In this document: positions 13,357 to 31,784 of the stretch, in pieces
How the letters are laid out: each line of letters begins with the position of its first letter
Numbering within the stretch: the stretch's first letter is position 1
Source: Macrostomum lignano
Taxonomy: Eukaryota
Assembly (NCBI GenBank): GCA_002269645.1
Contig: NIVC01001747.1
Coordinates: forward strand, 1-64,000
Length of the DNA stretch: 64,000 nucleotides
Reading direction: 5' to 3'
The notes under the pieces: model-generated
The model's database searches: none
What the model was told of the DNA's origin: nothing
What the model saw: the letters and a program-made list of their open reading frames with translations, nothing else
Position numbers and translations under genes: made by a program

Positions 13357-14247
13357 ATGTCATCGCAGCTGAAAACCCGACAGTCAAGGACATCGTCAGC
13401 TTCAAGCAGCGATTCCGAACTGCAGATTTCCAGCTGGCTTCATTTGCAACAGAACCAGTCAAATCAAACGCAGAAATCTTCTAAAGGACTACCACAAAAG
13501 CAACAGAAATCTAGCAGCATGCCTAAGAAAGTGCCACAGAAGCAGATAAACTTTGCAAAGCCAAGCCAGAAATTGCCTCAGAAGAAGCAACAAATCCCTT
13601 CAAAGAAACTATCAGATCAGCAGCAGACAACGCAGCATTGGCGACCGGCCTGGCGAGAGCCAACTTTACGGAACTACAGCATGGACCGTCGAAATTCCGT
13701 TGAAAGTAAGACCGTCGAAAGTAAGACCGTCGAAAGTAAGACCGTCGAAAGTAAGACCGTCGAAAGTAAGACCGTCGAAAGTAAGACCGTCGTAAGTAAG
13801 GCCGTCGAAAGCACCGTCCCTGACCCGGCCCCAAATCAGCGCCCAAAAAAGCGTCAACTTCAGACTCAGAGCCAGCAGCAGCATCAGCAGGATCAGGAAA
13901 TGAAGTAATCGACAGTGTACTCTCCATCAACGTCGCTTCAATCGTTACTCGACTGAAATCGCCCAGATGTCCCGCTGCTGCAGCCGATGCGCGATGCCGT
14001 CATTGACTGGGAAAAGTTTCGCAGCAACCTGCTTGAACAGAACGAGCAGTGTAACGCTGTCAGCATTCGACTGATTCGGACGGAAGCCTCTGCTCAGGAG
14101 CTTCAGCAGAGCCTCGCTGACATTCGAGCCCTGCTGGAAATGGAATTGGAGAAACTGACCGTACAGGAGTTGCAACGGTTGCTGCAGGAGAAGCAGAAGC
14201 GCCGCGCTCAGGACAAAGGACATAAGCCGGCTCATTATATTGATTAG
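13357..14247 (+). other. Unidentified, probably decayed coding-like region with coiled-coil segment
   Basis: ORFs 13357-13908 (low complexity) and 13987-14247 (heptad-like LQQSLADIRALLEMELEKL). No recognisable family motif. Confidence 0.25.
13684..13812. repeat. 15-bp tandem repeat (ACCGTCGAAAGTAAG)n
   Basis: About 8 copies, producing the SKTVE repeats in the ORF track. Confidence 0.9.
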
Positions 14248-14700
14248 GTTGTGTGACAAAAATCTCTGATGCTTAATTGAAGCATATTTGCTAAGAACAA
14301 GTTTAACAAACGGCTGACTCACTGAGGCAAATTTTTCTGACGTATTCTTTTCTGCACTAAATAGTTACGAGTCTTTGTTTTTCATTCTGATTCAATTCGA
14401 TCCTTACGTCGAAATGTTGCACGGAAATTCTTAAATATTTTCTACCTATCTGTTGATTGCTGTCACAATTTTATGGACACCTTGTATGCAATTTCTGGTT
14501 AGCAGACTCAGTGGAAATACACTTTAGAAGACTTAGAAAGTTCTTAAAGTACACAGTTTGTGAACTTGTGAAGTACTAAGGACGCCTTAATATACAAATG
14601 TGTTGAAAGTTCTTAAAAGTGCACAAAAGATACTAAAAGTTCGTCGCTACTCTAGCGAATTCATAAACTTCGTTTCAAGTTTTCATATTCAACAAGCTGT

Positions 14701-14835
14701 TTTAGCAGTATAGCCACCTTAACAATTGAATTGAGTAATACGCTCGTATATAGCTGCCCTGATGGTTCTACGAGCTACTCCAGTACATTTTGGGTACTTC
14801 TTTTTGCACCTTCTAGTTTTTCGGCGAATGTTTAA
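14701..14835 (+). repeat. Dispersed repeat copy 1 (diverged copy at 22173-22295)
   Basis: Shared tttagcag..gccac.ttaacaattgaattgagtaata..ccctga..gttctac..tttgcaccttctagttt.tcggcgaat. Confidence 0.75.
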
Positions 14836-15904
14836 TGGTGATTCTGCGAGCCTAGTTGGCGTCAGTTACACGCACGAGTAGGTGCGCAAGCCTGCATGAT
14901 CTAGCTCCTAGGGTCAGACTTTATGATATGACACATCGACGCAAGAGCTATAAGAGCAGAGAGAGGCTGTCACGCTATAAATATGTGTCTGGTCTGACAC
15001 AGTCCCACCCCACCGCTATGATGCAGCACTCTGTCTTCTCTAGCAATGGCCATGTATACAGACCAAAAGTGTACTAAAGAGTTCTCTAGCGTCTAAGAGA
15101 CTCTCATATGCAATCTATTTTTAGACTTTAGACTTAAAACGCGTTAGAAGATTACAAGTGGAGATTACAGTTGCTTCAGTTTCAGTTTTTATCCAAGCAG
15201 AGAAGTGCTACGCGCGCAAAGAATGCATCTATATAAGTTTTTTTTCTACAAGAAAAGAGATAGAGCTTCTTTTCTTCTCGTAATAAACTTTATAAAATAA
15301 TTATTCAGCTGCAATCCCTCACTTGCGACTGTGAAACTTCGCGACTTCAAGGTAAAGACGTTGTTTCTGGTTCATTCTCCTGTACGAGTATGCACAACTT
15401 TTTACCTTCATTTAACAAGTTACCGACTTTGTTGTATACTTAAAAGCTTTGTACAATTAGTAGAGGTGGATAAATCATACACCACCTAGATACTTCAGCT
15501 AGAACATTTAATTTCAACACACAACACCTCAGCATGACATTAGGATTACAAAATCTTTGTCGAATCTAAACACACGTATTCTCCTTGTAAACAGGTTTCT
15601 TAAGCGGCGTAATTTTCCTAATTTGATTTCTGAGAGGAGTTTTGACTCTGCTCTTTTAGGAGTTCCCCAATATGGCTTTCGACAGGATGGTTCATCCGTG
15701 AGGGGTCAGGAGCCAACAGAAACGAGAAAAACACGTACAATTGATACATTAGAAACAACAACAACAACCAAACTAGAGAACTCTGCCTCACGATTTGTAA
15801 CGCACCAAGAGAAGAGTTTGCAACTAAAAGACACCCACCGTGGAAAAGACTTCGGCGGCCGGAATCAAGATTTGTCATGAGCTCCCAGGAGGCCAAAAAA
15901 GGGA

Positions 15905-16035
15905 GACACAGACCTCACCGAGGCCGCGAGGAAGGCCATTGAGGAGGTCGTCAACGCCGAACTTAAAATCTACACCGATGGCTCAGTCAGCGGTGAAGGT
16001 AGAAACGGCGGTGCGGCGTGCAAGGACAACTTAAG
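15905..16035 (+). mobile_element. RNase H fragment of a non-LTR retrotransposon relic
   Basis: Reads DLTEAARKAIEEVVNAELKIYTDGSVSGEGRNGGAAC, including the IYTDGS..GGA RNase H motif. Truncated. Confidence 0.6.
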
Positions 16036-16762
16036 CAGAAGGACGCAACACTCGAAATCTATGGTAAATGTTTAGAAGGCAACTTTTCGCCGAAAAATAC
16101 ACTACAGAGATATAGGAGGCTTTAATTTTTTCAGCACAAATATTGTTATTGCTTGTGATAGGAGGCAGATCCAGTGCTCATCTTTTGATATGTTGTGCCT
16201 TTCTTATTGCTCTATCGATAGTCATAAAGCTTTTCGTTCAGAAATAGTTTTAAAGGCAGATTTCACCGGAAAAATACACTACAGAGATAGGAAATTTCAC
16301 GATTATCAACACTAAAACAGTGATTGGGTCTCTTAACAGTGTCAGAGAAAGTTCTAATCACACTATTTTGTGCCTCGCATGTTGCTCTAACGACGCATTA
16401 ATCGATTTTTCATGTTAAATTGGTCTGTCACTTGAAAAAAACGTTTAAAATAATGACAAGAGCAGGATGTGAGGAAAGACAACAACAGAAAAGACACAGA
16501 AACAAAAACAAAAGCCACTCAAATTTGATAGGCCCAAACAGTCGTCCTCCGTCTGACCTCTCATTAACGCGAGAAAAATCCCCAATCTGTCAATATACTT
16601 TCTTTTTTGCTTGTTTTTTTAAGCAACCGGTAGCTTACTTTTTGTTTTTTTGTAAATTATCTGATAGCTATTCCAACATTGTGTCACCATAAATAACAAT
16701 CCCCTATATGTGCATACATCAAACTTCTTCTCCTCACAGTCACTGAAGGTGGTCACCCAATC

Positions 16763-19700
16763 ATGGCTGACCCTCAGCTCTCAGAGCCACAGGTGGAACC
16801 TGACGATTCTAACCGGGCCGATCTCGCATTCTTCTCGAATGGAGAGCGCGAAGTTGAGTCGAGAAATCAACAGCAAACCGATCCTAAAGAGGACACAGAT
16901 AACTCTAATAATCAATCAGCAACGACGGTGCTGTCAGAAGATGACCGGCACCAACTGATTAAACTGACAAAAGCAGGCAAGTTTGAAGAGGCAAAACAAG
17001 TTATATCTCACTTACAAGACAAATTTATGCCTATTATTCCGGAGCGCGAATCCCTCCGAACAGCGACGCACTATGCAGCAATGAGCGAGGAGGGAGCCGC
17101 GCTGTTGCAGGATTTGAAAGCCCTGGACGGTGCCAGCTGCTTGTCGAGAGCCGACCGTAAAGGCACTACGTCGCTCCATTTGGCGGCGCAGTTTTTATCG
17201 AAGGAGACTTGGCTGAGAACTATAAAACCGCTGGTAACGGCTAGTGATTTAAGGAAAAAAGACGATAAGTGGGACACCTGCGCTCACATCGCGGCTCGCG
17301 ACAACTCCGTGGACGATGGAGTCATTCTCGAGATAGTTGACGCCCTCGGAGACAGATGCCTGGAGGTCCTGAATCGGAAGGGCGAGACGCCGCTGCAGCT
17401 GGCAATGAAGCACTGCGGTCCGGAATCAGCAGAGGCTCTGTTGCAAAAGTTTGATCTGAAGGTGCTTCAAGACACAACAGATGACGAGGGCAACACACTA
17501 GCCCACTTTGCGGCAAAAAATCCGAAGGACACTTTGTTAGTTTTTGATAATCGATGGCGCAAATTAAGCGGAGATCCGAATCCTGATTCAGATTCAGATT
17601 CGTGTCTTTACTGGACAAACAACAACGGCGAGACTGTTCTGCAAATTGCGCTTGAGTGCTGCTCGGTTCCAACTGCTCAAAAGCTTCTGCAGAGAGCCGC
17701 TAAATCGGAAGCAATTCAGCAGAGAGATTCGGCTGGAAACACCTGTCTGCATATCGCAGCAATGTCCAGTGGGCGGCAGGAACTCCTGCTTACAGCAGTA
17801 AAACTTCATAAGCCGCTGGGTCCCGAATGCCTCGCTTGGAAAAATCAGGCTGGCGATTCGGTGCTGCACGTCTCACTGGAAAATTGCCCTCAAGATGATA
17901 AAGCACTTACGAAACTCTTAGCTAAACTAATATCGAAATCTACTAAGGATATTTTGTCGCAAACTGATGCGGCTGGCAACAGCTGCCTGCACATTGCTGC
18001 CAGAAGAAGCGACAAGTTGGCCCTGTTGTCTAAGGCTAAGAAAGTGTGCGGCAAGAGCTACGTCTACTGGCAGAACAGCCGACTCCAGTCGGTTCTGTTC
18101 TTTGCAATCGGCGTTGTCTCCGCGAAGCAATTGAAAGCTGCGGTGCACCAAAGCAGCCTCAAAGATGTATTCGGTAACACGGCACTTCACTATTTGCTTC
18201 AAGGCTACGGAACCGAAACCAACGGGCTCAGTTTGCTGGATTCTGTCAGCGACATCCTTGATAAAATCAAGGTGCTGATTGGCATGGGCATTGAGCCAAA
18301 AGAAGAGAATAAAATGGGACAGAACTTCCTGCATTGGGCTCAGCTTGAGACCGATGTGCTCAGGGAGCTTCTAAAAGCGTTCGCGACCAACAAAACGTTT
18401 GATTTTAGATACCTTTTTAAGCAAGTAGAGTTCGGATCAAATGGGCTTCACTTAGTTCACACTTACTCAAGAAAGTACAACTTAGAGGAGTTAATCCAGC
18501 CAATAGCAAAGCTTTCAGGTATGAAAGAAAACGAACTGTTAAGCCTGACAGTTTCAAAAGGAGCCAACAAAGACGCCACTTGTTTGCACTTTGCCTGTGA
18601 GGGTGGAAAAAAAAGTAACGTTCAATACTTGCTCGAGAAAGAACAGAAGCTCAAGAAGTTTACAGAATCCGGCATGTCCTGCATCGACTTTGCCATTGAC
18701 AGAGGCTGGCTAAAAGAAATTTGGGCCATCTATGTGGAATACGAGACTACAAGAACCGCAACAAGCGATTTTAAATCGGCAGTCAACACCGCCAGAATAA
18801 AGCTATTGCGCCTCATCGATCCGGCGCGAAGAGCTCTCAGACTTCCAGATCGAGTGACAGCCCAGAGGAACCTGGCATCCATTTTAGACCATTACTTCGC
18901 TCAGAAGTCGGAGGAACCCACGTTTTCTAGTAAAGATCGAGGCCTGCACATTCTGGAGCGAGCTATAGAGCTAAACTCGACCAAGATTTATCGCAGCGCT
19001 TTAAGAATGAACTTTGTTCACGCAGTCACTGAGACTCGACTACCAGCATTTCTGTTTCAGAGAAAGAACTCACCAAGTGCGATAGGAATTTCCCGGCAGG
19101 GAGAAAGTTCTGGACCATATAAATTGATCCAGGCTTCCTCTGAAATGTCTGTAATCGACATAGTCTCATTATACTATAGTCATTATGACGAAATCCTACC
19201 CGACTTGATTCTCACTCGACAGTTCGAACTGATTCCGGCTAGCATTGGTCTTCTTATTCTGCTGGGTCCAGAAATTGAGAAGCTGCGCTCCGAGGCCCGT
19301 GGAAAACATGCTCGGCTGCAGGAGCTGCACACGAGGGTGCTCAACATCGCCGTGAATGCACTCGATGAGTTGTTTGCTAGCCAGTAAAACTGAAAAAACG
19401 TTGCTATTTGATTACCTTCAGGGTCAGATTGTTGGCGATGACGGTGCTCTGGGTCCAAAGTTTCCTTTCAGAAACTTCGACAAAGAAATCAGATACGGCT
19501 CAGTGCTAAAAATGATCGAAGAAGCGGACTGCAACGAGTTATTTGCCACAGACTGCATCTACAGCTTTGTGCAGGAGGAGTGGAAGAGGGGACGGAGACC
19601 ATGCCAATGCTGCACAGACTCTAATGACTCAACCAATGCCACTAAAATGGTCAAAGTCAGTGAAAATCAGCAGACGCCTAGCTCAGATGAAAGTAACTAC

Positions 19701-21146
19701 CAACAACAGAATGGTGCTGCGGTGCCCAGTGACAAAGCAAGCGCTCAAAGCTCCTGCTGGGGCAAATTTAACTCTCCTAAAGCGAAGTTTATTGGCCATT
19801 ACACATCATTCTCTTTTCTGATGGTATACTTTATCTGGTATACGGTGGACTTTAAGCAAAGTTTTTCCACTGTCTTATCAGACATTCCAATTGTTCTTTA
19901 TTTCTTGTCCTTTTTGCTTCAAGAAATCGCCGACATCTACAGAAGGAGGAAGCGACGTCAATACTTTGTTTGTGACTCCATTCTACGATTGCCGAGGTAC
20001 TTCAAAGACGTGCTGAACTTTCTCGACTGGTTCGCCATGATTTTTGTTTTCGTTGGCCTTATTTTAAAGTGGATTCTTCTCGCCGAGTCGCGCAAGCTGC
20101 ACGATGCCTATCCCTGCCAAGTGGTCTTTAGTGTTGCATTCGGTCTGCTGATGTTTCGGTCGGTGCACTTCCTTAGCCTATCGGCCGTTATTGGTCCCGT
20201 GGTTGCGATGCTCTGGAGCCTCCTGTTTAACGACTTAGTGCCTTTTTTGGCTATCATCGGAGTCATCATCGGCGCTTTCGGAGTATTTTTCTTCAATTTG
20301 CTGTTCTCGATCACAGGAGTGGACACTCGATCAGCTTACTACAACAGCTCGTGGTACGGCTGGGATACATTTGTGCAAGCGATCACTCTGCCATTCAATA
20401 TTTTGTTCACCAACTTCGACAAGGTTATCTTTGACAAGTCTCTAACGAACATTACTATTGGAAAGGTGGCCCACAGTCAAGGAATCGGGGTGTTTGAGAA
20501 CCTGATGATGTTCTTGTTCATGGGACTCGTCAACATTGTAATGTTGAACCTGCTGATTGCTTTGTTTAACCTTCGAGTCAGCCGCATGGCCAACGAAGCT
20601 CTGGGGATTTGGAGAAAGACTTACTTTGGCATGTTGCGCGAGTACCAGGGCCTGAGTCCGTGGCCACCGCCGCTATCGTTCATCTGGTTCATCTACGATT
20701 TTGTTCGGGGTTCTTGCAAGTGTCGGAAGGGTCGAAAGTTCGTAAGAGTTACTCAGGAGGTAGGTGGTTGTTGCATTTTTAGTGTTTAAGGAGTATTATA
20801 TAATAAAAAGTGGATTTCGCGGGGATTTTTACAGAAAGCGCACTGGTGGCAAGACGAAAGTAAATATCCGGAGAACTACATGAATTTTCTAGAGTTCCAG
20901 GCCAATCAATTACGTCGAATTCGACCTCGCCTTCTGTTGTCCAACTTTGGTTCGAACAACCAGCAGGACGAACTGGCCGAGCTCACCGAGGCCACTGGAG
21001 CTCAGCTCGCCGACGTGCGCACAGAACTACAAGAAGCTCGTCAAGGAACGCCGGCGGACGATCTGACAAGCCAGCGACTGAAAGCTGTCGAAGATCAAAC
21101 TCGTGAGATTCACGCTATGCTTCAGAGTTTGGTCAGGAAAAAGTAA
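16763..21146 (+). CDS. Ankyrin-repeat TRP cation channel. Exons 16763-20759 (1-nt frameshift near 19385) and 20835-21146
   Basis: About 15 ankyrin repeats (GxTxLHxAA). Pre-S1 SPKAKFIGHYTSF, six hydrophobic TM segments plus pore loop, S6 VMLNLLIALFN, TRP-box-like IWRKTYF..LREY and PWPPPLSFI, and a C-terminal coiled coil. The 75-bp GT-AG intron 20760-20834 is phase 0. Confidence 0.88.
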
Positions 21147-22172
21147 CCACATCGAAACAATAAAGTGTTCAGTAGTGTATCGAAAAACTTTTCCAAATAT
21201 TTTTATGCTTCACCATCAGAAAAGGGAAGTTTTGATAGAGTTGTTGGACGATTTAACTACATTGCTCAGTTTCAAAAAGGACAATTTAATAAAGCTCTCA
21301 ACTTATTTTATCGATATATCTAGCAAATATATTTATAGCTTGGTTACGTGTAAAGAAACAGGCTCTTAATAGCTTTTTTATTAGATCCATTGATGATAGA
21401 TGCTTGCGACACGATCAGCAACAAAAAAGGCTCGTAGTAGTTTCAACAAAGACGACTTTCATAAAATAAAGGAACTTTAAAGGCTGGCCCTACGCAAAAA
21501 AATACAGAACTATAGTGCTTGTCGTTACACTATCGTGTTAGGAACTTTTCATGTACGACCCTGCTATCGTAAGATTTTCCGACTTTTTAACGGTTTTATC
21601 AGCTATTTAGATTTTTGTTAATCTTAGTCTACGCAGCTAATTTCTCTGTCACACTCTACAAAATATTTAACTGCTAGCCGACGCACAGAATTTGCTGCCG
21701 TGACGTATTCCGTTTGTTTAATTATAACAAATTCAATTTTGTAACTGTATTGAATGCACTATTAACTCCTAAATAAACAAATCTTCAGAAATATAAATGC
21801 TTTAATCTTCAAGAAATTATTAAGCATGTAACTATAGCTCTCACTTTTAAATCATTAGCCTTTCTGTATCCTCGTTTTAGTTGCTATACAGATCCTATCA
21901 AAAGTAAATTATTATCTTTGTAAAACATGCAATTTTTTCGTTTTGTTAGAACTTATATGCATTCATTGCAAATTATCTTATGAAAACAACGCTCTAAAAG
22001 ATGAAATCATCAATGATCAAAGAAACAAAAATATCTAGCTCATTTGCTGATAATAACTTCAACAAGGCTTTCGTGATCTCAGATAAACCATTTTGCCGAT
22101 ATTTCGCTTTTTGAAGTGCTCAATACTTTGATAAATTTTGTGTAACAATAGTTTCATGATTAAATTCATTGA

Positions 22173-22295
22173 TTTAGCAGTGGCCACGTTAACAATTGAA
22201 TTGAGTAATATATAGCTATACCCTGAGAGTTCTACAATATTAGCTACATGTAGGGTACTACTCTTTGCACCTTCTAGTTTATCGGCGAATTTTTA
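22173..22295 (+). repeat. Dispersed repeat copy 2 (see 14701-14835)
   Basis: Same conserved blocks in the same orientation. Confidence 0.75.
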
Positions 22296-25200
22296 GACAC
22301 TGCAGCTGCAAGGACTTCTACTCATAGTTCAACAGTTGACGGTCGTTGCAGGCATTCAGCCCTAATGCGTTCTCGGCACGGATGCGATCGGCAGGATTGG
22401 GTCAGCCATTAGAGTGGACCTGGGTGCTTCTTCTGTTCAGCTGGGGCCGGCTAAGATACCGATCTTAGTAAGAACGACAGCTCCTAGCAGGCTTGCAGAG
22501 TTGTTCCTACTGCGTACTACTCTGCTTGTCTAACTGAGTGCCATTGGGTGAGTTTACTAACGCTTTGAAATGAACACCCTTTCGGATATGAGGTGGAGTT
22601 GTCGCACCCCCAAACCCCAAATTTGTGCGACCCCAAAATACGAGGACCGTTTTGTTCTAGCACCGACCTGTCTTACAATGATAAACCTCAGAAGTGTATA
22701 CGAAACTTTAATGGTTAAAATAAGTTGGGACCGGAAGCTGAGTAGGGGATGGGGAACGGAAAGCTGAGTAGCGGATGAGAAACCGGAAGCATGGGTAATG
22801 TATGAGGAACATGAAGACGAAAATCAATGACTCACTGACGCTGGGACACTTCAAGGCAGCACTGAGCAGCACTGATTTTCTAAACTAAAAGAGCTCCACT
22901 GCTCACCCAGCCGAAGCCAGCAGTCACCTGCAACAGAGGACAGCAATCGTGCATTTGCTGTACTAATCTTATCTTTCACTCAATTGGCAATTTGAAAACA
23001 AAATCTGGGCTTTCAACAGTTCTAAACAGCTGTAGAGTGGTGGGCCGCTGCAAATTTTTAAGCACAGAGCTCGAACAGCCTCAGTTTTATCAGAGCTTGA
23101 ATTATCTGAGTATCGCTGCTCTCCAGCTGCACCTTCGGCCAGCTGCTGACGTGAGCTGTTCTGTCGACTTGCTTCTTGCGACTGCCCGGCACCTCCGCGA
23201 CTTCTTCGAATGGTGAGATCCCCAGCTGCAGGACTGTATGACGTTCAAGGAAATGGCACTCTGAATTTCATCAGGTCGCTGTGAGAATACAAGCTGAAAT
23301 AAAAGCAGCCTCCCACCTGACCCCCCTGGGCATGCACCCAATACACCTGTATGTACGCCAATATCGCTCTCTCCCACGTTGGGGCAGGCGGTAAGCAAAC
23401 AGGTTAAACATCACAGCATAATCTGAATCTCAGCTGTGTATCTCTGCTGTATATCTCAGTTGTACCGTATATCTCAGCTGTATATCTCAGCTGTATATCT
23501 TAGCTACAGATCCCAAAGGTAACACAAAACAATTTATTTCCACTAAATAAGCTCGAATGCAGTTCGACAAGGCCCCTTTGAAATTGGCCTACATGTGAGC
23601 TAAGCTATGCAGTTACCCATTTGCACCTCCACTCTTCCCCTCTCTCTCCTCTTTATACATTCCTATCCCTCTCTCTCCTTCTCCTTCCTCCTATTTCTCC
23701 CTCCCCTCTTTCCCCCCCCCCTCTTTCTCTCTTCCCCTCTATCTACGTAACCTACTTTTCTCCATTATCTTCCTCACTACACTGCTCCTTCAAAAGCCAC
23801 ACTATGGACGAAAGCCAGAGCCAAATTCAAGAAAATGCTTAACTGGCTGCACAGCGTGGTGACTCAAAGCTCGTCAAGTTTCTCGTCCGAAAATTCGCTG
23901 ATCAAGAAAACAGAAATGACTGCTGCATCGAAGCTGCCAAATCTGCTGCAGAACATGATCATTTGAAAGTCGTCAAGTTTCTCGTCCCACAAGTCACTGA
24001 CCAAACAAAAAGAGATCAGTGCTGCATTGAGGCAGTGAACCCGCTGCATACAATGGTCATTTAAAACTTGTAAAGTTTCTTGCCCACACAGTCGCTGACC
24101 ATACAAACGGAGATCAATGCTGCATCGACGCTGCTAAATCTGCTACAATTAAAGGTCATTTAGAACTGGTCAAGCTCCTCATCTCGTGTCTCTTAAGTGC
24201 GGATCAGAGAGCGGATCTCCGATTCCAATTCGCAGTCGCGGCTTGCTCTCGTCTTCGTGAAGATGTCGTTGCCTCCCTCGGCCTCGAGCCTCACGGGCTC
24301 TTCCAATGCAGCATCATCCTCAGCTTCACTGCAGCAATGGTTATCGAAGGCAGGAACTCTGTTCTCAACGACACCCTCTCTCGAATGCAGCCAGCTCACA
24401 TCACACAGCTGCTCCGTCTCTCCATCTCTCTAAGATACGTCGCTCTTGCTGTCACACTGATCAATGATGAGCGAGTCAGCACAGAGCATGTCGATCTGCC
24501 AGACAGCACTGGAGCCACTGCTCTCATGCTGGCAGCTGATGCAGGTCATCACGAGCTCATTGAGAATCTCATCGATCTCGGTGCATCAGTGCGTGCTGAA
24601 GACAGTCAGGGTCGGACTGCTCTGTCACGAGCGTGCGAAGCCGGTCACGTGCGAGCAGCCAAGTCTCTGATGGACAAAGGAGCGGATGCGAGTCATCGAG
24701 ACGGTCGGGGTCTGACGTGTGCGCAGGTGGCACAGCGATTTGAGCAGCGGCAGGTGCTGCGGCTGCTGGATCTCAGTGGAGCGGAGTGACTACCAGCGAT
24801 CGTAAGGCTATTTAGATAATTTAGACAATTTTTGATTAAATGAGTTAAGTTCAGCACTCTGGCGGAAACTTAATTTTGCAAAACAACGAGCTATTATCTT
24901 TCCTATTTATGGTTGACTGTTGAAATTCAAAGGTTTAGAATTTTTTTCAATAAATTATTTTAAAAATACTAATAACCTATTAACTGAAGACTTATCCAGC
25001 AAGTTCACCTTCCATTCCCGCATTGCAGAAGCCCAGAGGCCCGACAGGCAGCCACTCACCGCTTGGATTCGGGCCTCTATCGGTGAGTCTGACCGGTTGA
25101 GCTTTCACTACCGCATTTCGCCTTCCAACAGGCTGGCAGCTTGAGACAGAAATCGCAGTGAAACTCAGGAGGGTTGAAATTCTGCTTGAGATGCCAGTCT

Positions 25201-27005
25201 AAATGCTGCAGCAGCTGCACTCTCAGCTCTCCTGCTTGTTCTGTCTTTTCAACCATATGTCAATTTGGAGCAGATCACCCACACGCATCTCGGATCATTC
25301 CAGGCTCCCAGACGACTCCCAGCAAGACAGGCGCCTGAGCGAGGAGCTGCATCGACTGCTCAGCGATGCGGGATTCACCGAGCAGAGAGCAAAGTGTCAG
25401 CAGAGACTGACTGACTGGCTAGAAAGAGTCGCTCGAGTCCTCACACAGGATGGCAGGCAGATGACGGGCAGCTACGCAGAGGGCTGGGCCAACAGTCTGG
25501 TGCAAGTGAACGGCAGGACAGCTGCAGACTGGGACATTGACTGTGCTGGTTCCTGGGCAGGAGTTCCATCTGGAAGGTGGCTGCGATGGACAAAAAAGTT
25601 GGCGTGACTCCTGCAAAGACGCCACTCGGCTGCAGGTTACAGAGGGCCACGCAAAAGTGGCAATAGGAGCAGGTGAGTGAGGTTGGGTTCATCATCAGAA
25701 TGCTGCTATTAATTTAGTAGCACCACAGCCCACGGAGAAGAATATGAACCCAAAAACGCATTAAAGCATTTTTGTAATCAACCTAACTAAAACTTCCTAT
25801 TGCGCGCAAAATGTATTGATCGGTAGAATTGTTAATTACTGATCTACTGTTTAAAAAGAATTGAAGATAGCGTGTTTTCTACCTTAAATTCTATATCTTC
25901 TTTCTTCAAAGTATGCTTTATAACAGTATAACAATATAACAGTAAAACACTCTATTCCTAACCAGCCAAAAGAAAATCTGCAGTCCCAAACCAATCCATC
26001 TTTTTCATCCGCCGCAAAGCGAGTCTCCGCTCACTGCGCTCTGCAGGCGGCCAACCTGCAGTGGCAGCCATGGAGTGCGGTGTGCGGCCTGCACAGGACA
26101 CGTGCCAGGCGATCCAGTGCTGCAGCAGTTTCGGTAGAGACGAAGTTAAAAAACTTCCATGCACTGGTCTTGTTCACCTCGTTCGGGTGACCAGACCGAG
26201 CTCGACCAACGAGCTCAGAGTGAGCTTCAGTTTCCAAGAAAAAGACATCATGAGATGGCTGAGCACAGTCCAGGGCCAGCTGTTCACACTCATCAAGTTC
26301 ATCTTCAAGAGACACTTGCCGCTCACTCTGGACACACCTGGACTCAAGACCTACCATGCAAAGACTCTGCTATTCTTCATGCTGGAGAAGCATGGCACCC
26401 ATCCTAAAAATGAGGCTTGGCAGCCCCACAATCTGATCGCTCTGCTCAAGGAGTCTCTCGACATGATGCTGAGCTTCATCGACTCGAGCAGCTCGCCCGA
26501 TGAGTGCATGCCGCACTTCTTCATGCCCAAAGCTCCGCTCTACTTCAAGAACGCTGGAATCGGCAGCAACTTCGACAACACGAAGGCGAGGGTTCGAGAC
26601 CGACTTTGTGAGCTGAGAAGCGACATCGGCGGAGTGGTCCAGCAGCTGAGGAGACTCGTGAGACCTCTGCAGTCAGAGAAGTTCTACTTTCACCCGTTCA
26701 CTCTGCTACCTCTGACAGCGCCGCTTGCTGTCACGGAGATCAGGGAAGGAAGTAGTATAGTTTTAATGCTAAATTGTTACTTCAGGTTCGCAGACGTGTA
26801 CAGTGTGGTGCACCAGTGTGTGAGTGAGCTGCAGTCGGAATCGAGCGACAGAGACACCCTGATGAGGCAGCTCAGTCTCCTGCATGAGCTTCAGTGGTGC
26901 AAGTGTGCCGCCCTTACTTACTTACTTACTACTGACGGGGGGCGCAGGCGCCGCGAATAGGCCGCGAGGCCCATATCGCAACCCCAAGGTAAAAGAGCAC
27001 AAGGA

Positions 27006-30707
<3,702 letters not shown>

Positions 30708-30807
30708 TTATTTATTTGGTTGCTGGTGGCAGTGTCATCATTGGGCTGGCCGGTAGGGTTCGCCCTCAGCGCCCCGCTCCTAGTTTGGCACGGGGTTAGG
30801 AACGGCA

Positions 30808-31784
<977 letters not shown>

